A DNA stretch of 56,212 bases from Cyanophora paradoxa CCMP329. Taxonomy: Eukaryota > Plantae > Glaucophyta. The translations under genes and the position numbers were made by a program. The notes beneath the pieces are model-generated. The model was not told where the DNA came from. It made no database searches and saw nothing but the letters and a program-made list of their open reading frames with translations. Location: positions 1 through 56,212 of the forward strand of contig QPMI01000620.1 of assembly GCA_004431415.1 (NCBI GenBank), read 5' to 3'. Of the stretch, positions 45,462 through 55,493 are shown in pieces (position 1 is the first letter of the stretch; the number at the start of each line of letters is the position of its first letter).

Positions 45462-46490
45462 TTATGTGATGCTGATAAGCTCACCTGCAAATGCTGTTTT
45501 AGAAGAATAAACCCCATTTGTATTTGTAACAAGTGTTACATACTCATTAGCAGCAATATAGAGAATACAATTTAGCGAAATGGTTTTGTATCCAGCAGTG
45601 TTTGAGGCAATTACATTTATTGCAACACCACTTGGGTTTGCATCATTTACTTGAAGAGTAAGCTCTATGGGTAGTGATGAGGCTTGTGAGTAGGTAACTG
45701 CTGAAAAACGGTAATGCCCTGAAACAGGAGCAGTAAATCTCCCATTAGCAACTGCAAAATGATTTGTAGGATGATTTAAATGAACGATTCCCCAATTTAT
45801 CAAAGCAGTGGCGCTTGTTGCTGTATGATTATAGTTTAGCTGAACACAGAATCTTGGTTGGGACTGATATTTAAAATAGTTCTGTGTGTTAATTGTCAGA
45901 CAGTTCGATTCAAGCAATGCCACAGTATTGCTATTGCGTTTAAAAAGCAGATTTGTGGCAGATCCAGTATCTATTTCAGGAGTAATCACTTTTGTTAATG
46001 CTTGGATTATCTGTTGGGACTGATTGGGTATCGAAATACCAGCATTTGCTGTCACCAACCCTGTAAATGTGCTTGTTCCTGTTATGTTTACTTGATTGGC
46101 TGCAAGATTTCCATCAATCCTTGCCCCATCTCCAATGTAAGCTCCTCCACTCTTGACAACAAGAGCTGCATTATTGCTTGTGTTGTCAAAATTTATTAGT
46201 TTGGGTGTGGTGAACCCTCCCACATCATCATAAATTGCTGAATCTGAAACAATCGATCCTGATTGGACTTGGTTTTTATTTGATACTATGAGACCTGTGG
46301 TTCTCACCTTCCCATTATTGCGATCACATCTTATTTCTTTGCATCTAATGACAGAGTTCTGAGAGAATGAATCAGCTCCTGTTGTCTCTGTGCAAATAAA
46401 ACCTGGTGTAGCATCTGTGACAGTGTGATTAAGTTGATGTATTTTTGGTGCTGCATAACAGAAAACAGGTACTGCTATCTGAGTAGTCAT
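45462..46490 (-). CDS. Fibre-like paralog C with C-terminal gC1q/TNF-like head
   Basis: KEIRCDRNNGKVRTT..ALVVKSGGAYIGDG; QPRF..INWG.VHLN..F..NGRFTAPVSGHYRFS..FAGELI. Confidence 0.82.
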   Translation of the reverse strand: MTTQIAVPVFCYAAPKIHQLNHTVTDATPGFICTETTGADSFSQNSVIRCKEIRCDRNNGKVRTTGLIVSNKNQVQSGSIVSDSAIYDDVGGFTTPKLINFDNTSNNAALVVKSGGAYIGDGARIDGNLAANQVNITGTSTFTGLVTANAGISIPNQSQQIIQALTKVITPEIDTGSATNLLFKRNSNTVALLESNCLTINTQNYFKYQSQPRFCVQLNYNHTATSATALINWGIVHLNHPTNHFAVANGRFTAPVSGHYRFSAVTYSQASSLPIELTLQVNDANPSGVAINVIASNTAGYKTISLNCILYIAANEYVTLVTNTNGVYSSKTAFAGELISIT

Positions 46491-46512
46491 TCTTTACATT
46501 AGACAGACAATA

Positions 46513-47568
46513 TTATGTTAAACTCACAAGCATCCCACCAAAAAGTAAACGGGAGGGATATGTTGAGTAAGGATAATAAAGTTGTATAGAGTCATTTTGG
46601 GAAAGATTAATTAAAATGTCAAGTCCATAGCAAGTGACTCCACCTTTTTCTTGGTTATACACTTGCAATCCGGTATCTGCTCCATTTTTGTATATCATTA
46701 GATAAAATATTGTCGATGAAGTTCCAATTGAGAAGAAGAACCTGTAACATCCAGCAATTGGTGCTGTAAAAGTGCCTGTTGTGGGGTCAAAGCAATTTCC
46801 CTGATCTACCAACTCTGTTCCATAAGAAGTTATTGGACCAGATCCAGAAGGTATTGTGAAAGTTAAAGCTCCATTTGGCGATTGCTTTGCAGCAAAAAAT
46901 CTTGGGCAACCATTTCTTTTCAAATACTTTTCGTTTGATAGTGTCAGAGTTTCGTAATGAGTGGGTGTCTGTAAATTGGAAGGTATCTTTTCAAGAGAGA
47001 AAATCGTAATACCATTTCGTTTATAGTTCGCATTGGTATCTGATCCATTATCTACCTCAGGTGCATTAATTCTTGTAGTAGCTGTGAGAGTTCCATATTG
47101 GATATTTCCTGAGAGACCACCATTCAAAGACATCAATCCTGTGAATGTACTTATCCCACCCACATTTAATTGATTAGCTGTGACAGTTCCTGCTACATTT
47201 GCTCCATCACCAATGTAGGCTCCTCCACTTTTAACCACAAGTGCAGAATTATTACTTGTGTTATTGAAAGTAACTATCTGTGCTGTGGTAAATCCACCTA
47301 CATTATCATATACTGCTGAATCCGGGACTACCTGACCTGCTTGAACCTGATTCTTATTCGAGATAATAATCCCTGTGGTTCTTATCTTGCCTCCATTTCG
47401 ATCACATCGAATTTCTTTGACTCTGAGAATATTGTTCTCTGTGAAAGAGGTATTGCTTGAAGTTTCAGTGCAAATATACCCAGGGGTTGAATCAACTACT
47501 TCATGAGAGGTGCTATGGAGTGATTTGGCTGCAAGTTCATAGTTTGGGATTTCTAATAGAGAGGTCAT
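46513..47568 (-). CDS. Fibre-like paralog D with C-terminal gC1q/TNF-like head
   Basis: KEIRCDRNGGKIRTT..ALVVKSGGAYIGDG; PRFFA..DQGNCFDPTTGTFTAPIAGCYRFFFS..LSQNDSI..FGGMLV. Confidence 0.82.
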   Translation of the reverse strand: MTSLLEIPNYELAAKSLHSTSHEVVDSTPGYICTETSSNTSFTENNILRVKEIRCDRNGGKIRTTGIIISNKNQVQAGQVVPDSAVYDNVGGFTTAQIVTFNNTSNNSALVVKSGGAYIGDGANVAGTVTANQLNVGGISTFTGLMSLNGGLSGNIQYGTLTATTRINAPEVDNGSDTNANYKRNGITIFSLEKIPSNLQTPTHYETLTLSNEKYLKRNGCPRFFAAKQSPNGALTFTIPSGSGPITSYGTELVDQGNCFDPTTGTFTAPIAGCYRFFFSIGTSSTIFYLMIYKNGADTGLQVYNQEKGGVTCYGLDILINLSQNDSIQLYYPYSTYPSRLLFGGMLVSLT

Positions 47569-47587
47569 CTTTATAATAAAGAAATAG

Positions 47588-50500
47588 TTAAATTGCGACA
47601 GCAATGTAATGAATTGTAACTGGAAATCCAGGTCTGTCAAAAGAACTTAATGGAACTATTTCAAGCTCACATGTGAAATAGCTACTGTAAACTTGTTTAA
47701 GCCTAACATACATGCGGTAGTAGTAGGCTGTCTCATTGTGTTGTATACCGGTTGTTACAATAGGAGGGTTAGCAAAGCTGCTGTTGAAATTAATAGTGAG
47801 GTTAAACCTATGGTCAGGGTTTGCCCAAAGATAAGGAGTAGTGTAAACATACGTTCCTGCTTGAATTTTCCCATTAAAATATGCATTGAGTTGACTGGAA
47901 AGATCTGCTTCTGTGATACATCTACTAATAGTGGAGCTATCTGTGGGGTTCATAGCATAGAAATTCCTTGCATATGCATTTCCTCTGACCAGTAGGGTTT
48001 GATCATAATAATTCTGCGAATTGTGGAAGAACCATGTTTCATCAAACATAGGTCCTGCTGGCTCTACAATCTGACCTGTTCCTACATACATTGTGCTGTT
48101 TGCTCTGATAGTGGTTGCTGTGAATGGATCCAGAGAAGGTCGATCTGTAATATCTCCCCAAAGGTGTGTGTGTGCAAAATCTGTAATTTGAGATTTAGTG
48201 TGAGTATGTGCAAAGTCTGTTATCTCACCTTTGGTGTGAGTGTGTGCGAAATCTGATATCTCACTCTTTACATGGGTATGGGCAAAATCTGTAATCTCAC
48301 TCTTAAGATGATTGTGTGCAAAATCTGTTATCTGTGACTTGGTGTGAGTGTGAGCAAAATCTGTTATCTCAGATTTAAAATGAGTGTGAGCGAAATTAGT
48401 AATATCTGCTCTGGTGTGGAAGTGGGCAAAATCTGTTATCTGGGATTTGGTGTGAGTGTGTGCGAAATCTGTGATCTCTGCCTTTGTGTGAGTGTGTGAT
48501 CTATTATTAAGATCAAGGAAGCTACCTGAATAAGCAACAGGGTGCAGGTTTGCAGCTGTAGGTTTATTCAGGAGATCATTATAATCTCCTGTGAAGGAGA
48601 TTGTTTTTAGTTCACCCCTTCCAACATAATCAGAAGGGAGATCAATCTTGATAGGCATTATAGCAGGATCAACTGGAATCTCATATTCACCTCCTGGGTG
48701 AACCACAGGAAAAGTTTGATTGCTTTCAGTGTGGACAAAGAAGTTGCATGCTGTTACTGTTCCATCAATAATCCCACCTGTGAGAGGGAGGTAATTGCCT
48801 GTGACTCCTATACCTGCAATGACTGTATTAAGTTCTGTTTCATCTATGTAGTTCTGGGCTTGAAGGTAATCCTCTGTCACCACTCTTGATATGGTCTCAT
48901 TGTGAATATTCTTTGCTGCTGCCCTTTGATTAATTTCTAAAACTCCCTCACCCACTCCACCATTATAATTCGTTTTATCCATGCCATCTCACATCTCTTG
49001 TAGTCATCTCGATTTCCTAGAACAGCATCAGGTAACAGTCTCTCTCTGCTAAATATTAATTTTGGTCTTGAACCATCCAAATCACTCACATCAGTAACAT
49101 TAATTTGGATTGCTGCATCTTTGTCATCATAGTTGACTGGATCAGATGGTAGTGATAGTAAACCTCCTGTCATTGGGATGTCATCAGCATAGTAACTGGT
49201 TAAATAGATACCTGGTTTGGTGTCCAATGCTCCAAAGTTTCCACCTGCTGCAATCATCTGCATTCTTGTAGGGGTCTGATGTATAATTCACCTTCCATAG
49301 TGGTCCCTGCATCAATACCCTTTCGATTGACATAATAATCATTTAGTTGTAGCCTCTCAGGTATGGTATTACTCTGGTAAAGACTCACACCATGTGGGAA
49401 GTCTGTTAACAGATTGCCTGCAGATGCAAATTTGGGTTGCTGGTCAATTTCACCCCAAGGGTGTCTGTGATTACAGTTGGTGATCTGGGTATAATCATGA
49501 GTGTGAGTATCAGGAGGGAAGGTGATAGGTTTGTCTACAATATTTGACCAGGCATGTGTGTGATCATCTGGGGAAAAGTCAATGGTCTGTCCACAATATT
49601 CGACCAGGCATGGGTGTGATCAAAATCTATAATTTGGTCTTGGTGTGGGTATGGTTTTGATCCACCCATCCACAACATTTGAAGTTGGATGATGTGGAAG
49701 GTTTGCATTAGATGTAACAGTAAGATAATCAACAGTTATATTACTTGCATAAAGGTTACTTGTGTAAAGGTTACTGGTGACAGTTAGGTCCCTGTGATTG
49801 TTCCACCAGTTTTAAGAAGATACTTTGATAATTCGACTGCAAGTTCATTTTTAGTTACATAATTTGCGAGCATAGCAAGGGTGACTATATTCACAAGAAC
49901 AACAGCAGTAAGGTAATCCTCTGTGACCACTCTCGAAATGCTCTCATTGTGTATGTTTTTTGCAGCCATCCTCTGATTGGCTTCCAGAACCCCACCATAA
50001 TCTGTTTTAATCCATGCAAGCTCTGCCCTCCCATAATTATCATTTGCAGTTCCCACTATGGGAATGTAGGAATACTTATCTCGACTGAAAACTATCATTG
50101 GTCTTGAGCCATCTAAGCTGCTTACATCTGCTACATGAACCTGTATAGCAGAGTTGTAATTTTGGTAGGTTGCTGGGTCTGTTGGGACTCTGAATGTATC
50201 TGTGGGAATGTCAGCCTCCATGTAGCTTGACACAAAGATATTTGGTATGGTCGCTCCTGGTTCAGGTGGTGGATTATAAGAGCCTGGTAATGTCCTAATA
50301 TGAAGTGGTCCTCTCATAGCTGAATTAGCAAGTGTCCCATTCACATGAACATAGTGTTCATTCAAAAAGATCCTTTCAGGGACATTACAAGTCTGGTAAA
50401 GAGAAACCCCCAAGTTATCAAGAGGCTCTACCTTTGCGAATTCTGGTTGGTCGTTGATCTCATCCCAAGTATGTTCATGTTTGCTTGGTGGGAACTCAGT

Positions 50501-51916
50501 TGGAATCCCATCAATTTCACCCCAATCATGCCTGTGATCCTCTGGTGGATACTTCTGAGGTTTGCCTAAGATCTCATCCCAATCATGATTGTGATCCTCT
50601 GGGGGATACTTTGCAGGTTTATTATTAATTTGTTCATAATCAGGAAAGAACTCCCAGATCTCAGGTCGAAATCCATCTGGTAACAATTCCTCATGGGGTT
50701 CATAAGGTTGCTCATAATCAACAGCTGGTGGATCATGCCCATCTGGCAAATACTCCTCATCAGGTTCATAGTTCTGCTCATACTCAAACTCTTGGGGATC
50801 TAAGCCATCTGGTAGTATCTCCTCCTCATTGGGGTCAAACTGATCATATTCATATTCTTGTGGGTCAAAACCATCTGGTAAATATTCTTCCTCATCTGGA
50901 ACGAATTGATATTCATCAAGCTCTAATATATCGACTTCAGGAGGTAAATACTGCTCATCTATTTGCTTTCTGGGTTCAATTATAGGTTTATTGCGAACTT
51001 GCTCCCAACTAACAATATGCTGCCCAAAGGCTACATCTTCAGTTGCTGTGTATTCTCTTCCAGGCTGCTTCTTTGGTGTTAAATCGGGTGGTCCATTGGG
51101 AAATGGAATAGGGAATGGGACTGTTGGTCCATTGGGACCATAATGCTCGATTATTTCCCTTAGAGTTTTCTCACTCACAAGTTTCTCCCCATTTGCATAC
51201 ACATTGCTGCCATGGATATTTCGCCATTGCCTGGTTCGAATTCCAAGGTCTTTCACATTGCTATACAAAGGCAAAAGGTGCCTATCCATTTCGACTAAAT
51301 CAGGGTGTAAATGGATTGCTACTGGTTGACTGGGGCTACTGTTGATTGTAATTGATGGCTTTTTTTGGTGGACATCTTTTGGAGTAAAAAACCCAAAAGG
51401 CTCATTCCTCGCAAAGTCATATGTAATATCCTTGGGGTATACATCATTTGTGTAGGAGACCTGATTTGTGTTGGCAATGGGACCCACTTGCAATACTTGG
51501 GGGACCTCAGCTTTTGCAGTGCTGCCCTCATTGTAAATTCGCAAAGCTGTGTTCTGTTTGCCCTGCTCATCTTGAACATTGAAAACCAGACGACCACTGT
51601 CAAACCTGGAAGGTATATCTGGGTGAGTGCCACTGGTTTTTAGTTTCCTAGGTCTCCTTCTTGTTGCTTTGATCTCTGCCACTTGGTTTGCTTTCACATT
51701 ACCCAAACTAAAAGCAACACTGACATCCTCTTTATCTGGATCAGTTTGATTCACAGATAAAGCATGCTCCCTCGATTGAGTCTTTGATGAATTATCGGAA
51801 CTGTGGTCAATCGAAACTGAACCCTTTACTTTAATATTATCAAAGTTCACATGCTTGGTGCTGCTTGCATTATCATCTTGAATGGTTTCTAGATTTGGTG
51901 GGTAATTGAAGCTCAT
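47588..51916 (-). CDS. Long mosaic fibre (~1440 aa when several 1-nt frameshifts are repaired): acidic repeats, HxH repeats, duplicated ~200-aa module, H-type-lectin-like tip
   Basis: ORFs 49784-51916, ~49260-49790, 48937-49263 and 47588-48982 join up; module GVSLYQ..PER..LDGSRP..FSR..AWIK..NQR.AAKNIHNE.ISRVVTEDYL..TGG.I.G occurs twice; C-terminal FNSSFANPPIV..IHYIAV. Confidence 0.75.
48137..48496 (-). repeat. 10 x 36-bp coding repeat HTHTKS(E/Q)ITDFA (phage tail-repeat-like HxH motif)
   Basis: Counted directly in ORF 47588-48982. Confidence 0.92.
50650..50960 (-). repeat. ~5 x 22-aa acidic coding repeat EEYLPDG.DP.E.EY
   Basis: Visible in ORF 49784-51916. Confidence 0.85.
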
Positions 51917-51959
51917 GGCTTTTACTATATGGATTTATAAAATTCCTGATAAGTAAAAG

Positions 51960-53510
51960 ATGCCTCTCAAGGTCGTTTAAGTCTTTCTGGCGGGGTGCAA
52001 GGGGCATTATCATAACCAGGCTGCTAAAAGAAATCGAAAATCGAACTGGCAGGAGAATAATCGATCTTGTGATCTTGTGAGTGGAACTTCCACTGGTGGG
52101 ATCATTGCAATTGGTTTGAATATAAGGCATCCTGATAGACCAGGTGAACCTAAACTGACAGCAAACGATTTACACAATATTTACCTAACTCAACTGCCCT
52201 TGATTTTCGCAAATCTCGAATATAATCGAAAATGCCCTTTTAATACAAAGTATGATGTGGGACCCTTGGAGACTGCAATCAATTCAGTTACTGGTGAATC
52301 ACTAATACAGGATTCCCTAAAGGACATTGTGATTACATCCTTTGATACTCAGAATATGAAACCAATATTTATCACAAATGACAACAACTACAACTTTATG
52401 CCTTGTAAGATTGCTGCTAGGGCTACTTCTGCTGCTCCTACATATTTCTCTCCTGTAAGCATTGTTGATTTCAATCGGGGAGTATATGTCTGTCTCATTG
52501 ATGGTGCCATTTCGGGAAACAATAATCCCAGTGTGTGTGGTTACAGCCATGCAAAGAAGATTTACAGTGATGATGATGATATAATAGTAATAAGCATCTC
52601 TTGTGGAGAGGTGGACCCACATTTAGAGTCTGATTATGTGGGTTATGCTTATGAGACTGTAAACAGCTGGGGCATTCTCTCATGGATTGCCTCAACAGAT
52701 GGAAGCCCATTGATTAACATGCTCATGGCTGCAAGTGAGCTTTCTGCCCTTGATAAGATGGAGGAGTTGTTACCCTACAACTATGATCAGGATTATGGGA
52801 GATACTATAGGCTATCAGTCCCACTTCCAAATCATATAGTAAGCTCCCTGGATGACACTTCTAAAATCCCAGACATGCTTGCATTCACTGAAACATACAT
52901 TGCAGCAAACAATGATATGATTAATAAGCTTTGCAGCCTACTAGTAGCAAACTATGAACTAAAGAACCCTACAAAGGCTTACATTTCATCCACTCTCACT
53001 ACATCACCTCCTTTGGATGCCAATTGGTATCAGCTTGCAGATGATGCCTTTACTGCCTCATCCTCTGTGACAGGTAAAGAGCCTTTCATGGCTAGACCTT
53101 CAGCATTTGGCTGGGAAGCTGGAGCCTATGCTCCTGAGCAGATATGGGAAACCCCCACTGAATACCTTCAAGTTGCTTTCCCATACACTTTTGAACTCTC
53201 CTCTGTGATTGCCTATGGCTCAGGGGACACCAATGCTTTTATTAAGACTTTCAATGTGGCAACATCCACTGATGGGATCAACTGGTCTTTTATTCGATCA
53301 GATGGGCAAAACAAAATGTATGTCTGTGAGAACATTAACAATGCTCACAACTCAGGTGATGTGGCTTTATTGAGTGGATTCCCTCTCAGCATCAAGGATG
53401 CTTTTTACATAGGTTTTTCTCTCAGAATTAAATATATTCGCATTTATCCCCTTGTGTATGTGAATGCTCCCACAATGAGAGTTGATTTCACAGGTGCCTT
53501 TATTCGATAA
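51960..53510 (+). CDS. Patatin-like phospholipase fused to a C-terminal discoidin (F5/8 type C) domain; three 1-nt frameshifts in the first 110 nt
   Basis: Restored LSLSGGGARG; GTSTG (Ser), ARATSAAPTYF, LIDGA (Asp); FTASSS..W..EYLQV..TS.DG.NW..YIRIYP..MRVD. Confidence 0.88.
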
Positions 53511-54416
53511 ACTCCAACTGAAAAGAATTATCGATTCCATTCATATCAATCAGTTCACCAAAGTAATCTTTAAACTCAACTGTGATTCCCTTATCACCAG
53601 GTTCTGTCATTTATCTGAATGAATTCTGCATGCTCACCACTATGGTAAACATAGCCACCTATATCCTTACTCAATTGCAATCTAAGGATTGCCCCTGTTA
53701 TGTGGTTGCGATTTCGGAACTATATTGTGTCTGCTGGCAAAGGGGCAAGCTCTTTAATGTGCATGTATAGATACTGCTCAGCATTCATATCAGACATCTT
53801 TCTGCTGTCAAAATAATATTGCAAGGCTTAGATGAGAGTCTGGGTCCTGAAAAGGTGTTCCCATGCTGGGTGATCAGGTGTAATAGGTTTGCCATCATAC
53901 TTTAACAGGTTCTCAGGTCGATAGGGTGATCCACCAACAGGAGGAGTGCTATAATACCCATTGGTGTATTCAGTAGAACTTACACCAAAAGCTTCCCTAT
54001 TCTCTGGTTGCTTGCAATAAACGAAACTCATGGTTACTGTAAAACTCCACTTTATAGGTAGTTGGGTTATAGAATATCTTGAACTCAAAAGCTACTGTTT
54101 TGCCTGCAATGGTTTGGAAGCTTGAATAATTCAGCCCATAATTATAAGGGTGTGTTACCCCAAAATGACCCTGATTGATGTAGCCACTGGGAAGGGATAC
54201 ACTTGTTGTGTGATCACTTGGTTATATGAACCATCTTGGTAATTAAACTGAACTGTTAGATGATCAGTTCCCAACTGTTATAGATGCTGTTGAATCTCTG
54301 CATATAGAACCTGCATTCCTTGGTCTCTCTACTGGAGTTGTGAGGGTGACCCTGTAAGAGTTTTCATTTTGTCCTTGGCTTCTATCCCTGCTATCAATAT
54401 TAACGAGCCGGTTCAT
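53500..54416 (-). CDS. Minor capsid protein (penton, single jelly roll) 1, frameshifted
   Basis: N-terminal MNRLVNIDSRDR..NSYRVTLTTP..VLYAEI.NSIY; internal QYLYMHIKEL; C-terminal ITVEFKDYFGELIDMNGIDNSFQLEF. Confidence 0.78.
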
Positions 54417-54445
54417 TTTAATATATAAATATAGATAAAAGAAGA
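54417..54445. promoter_or_regulatory. 29-bp AT-rich bidirectional promoter between the two penton genes
   Basis: tttaatatataaatatagataaaagaaga between divergent ATGs; similar 43-bp spacer at 51917-51959. Confidence 0.6.
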
Positions 54446-55441
54446 ATGCCTGTGGATTACATCGAGGTTAGCTCATTTAATACAATCTCTGGTGATGGTC
54501 CCACATCAAGCTTTGTGGCTAGACTCCCCAGTACTTATGAGAATGTGAGGGCTGTGAGACTGTCTCAGCCGAATTTTATAACAGCATCCCTATGGTGAGT
54601 GGTGAAACCAAAGCAGGAGATATAACAGTTGACAACACTTTTAGTATTTATTATTCTGAAGAGCTTGCGGGAGCTGGAATTACAGGAATTCCAACAACTC
54701 GCCCAGCTGCTGATTTTGAACAATGGAAACAATTCATTGTAAATCGCGAAACCCCCATTCAAAACCACCAACAGCTGGTGAATGTTATAAATGAAAAGTT
54801 TAATGACAGAATCCTAAACCATCTGTTCGCTGCAAATGGGATGAGTCACTGAAACGATTATATTCCATCCGAAAAAAAGTTTTACCTGGCTTTCTCACTT
54901 GCTGTAGACCCAAACCTGAAAACAATCCAAAAGCTGTTAAGCTCAGCTCGACTTTTGGTCTTGATCCTGGAAGATATGGTAATTCCCCAATCAATCACAG
55001 GTCTATGATGCTCTCACTGATGGAATCTTTACTGAACTCGAGTAAACGTATTATATCTTCATTTGAGCCTGAAATGACAGGACAGTGTTTTGTTTGTGAG
55101 AGTAAAGGAGCTGGGTGATCTGGTGCAATGTGGGATGGTCTCCTGACTGGTTACTTCCATAAATAGTGGTCCCTGACAAAGATATGGTGAGCATGTAGTT
55201 TACAATTCGACAGAGGCTCATCCACTTTACAAATACTATAATAAGAAGGTTGATTATCCACTTTCTCGGTGATATTGTGAATGCTGTTAATGAACCAATT
55301 GATTTCGAGGGTCAACCTGTTCATCTTACCTTTGAAATTCGCTATGGTGATGAGCCAGCTGGGGACCCAGTTTATGAATACTATAAGATGAGAATGTCGC
55401 AGCTTCACCCTTCCTATCCAGTTATTACAAACTTCGCATAA
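54446..55441 (+). CDS. Minor capsid protein (penton) 2, frameshifted
   Basis: SSFVARLPSTYENVRAVRL..AEFYNSI; C-terminal LIIHF..NEPIDFEGQPVHLTFEI. Confidence 0.72.
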
Positions 55442-55493
55442 ATTAAGGATCATTGGTAGATTTTTTATGTTGCAGTATAATAAAGAGAATATA

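Noticed and set aside
43436-51916. Diversity-generating retroelement or invertase shufflon acting on the fibre genes
   Set aside because: No reverse transcriptase, TR/VR pair, recombinase or inverted crossover sites seen; paralogs are co-oriented and anciently diverged
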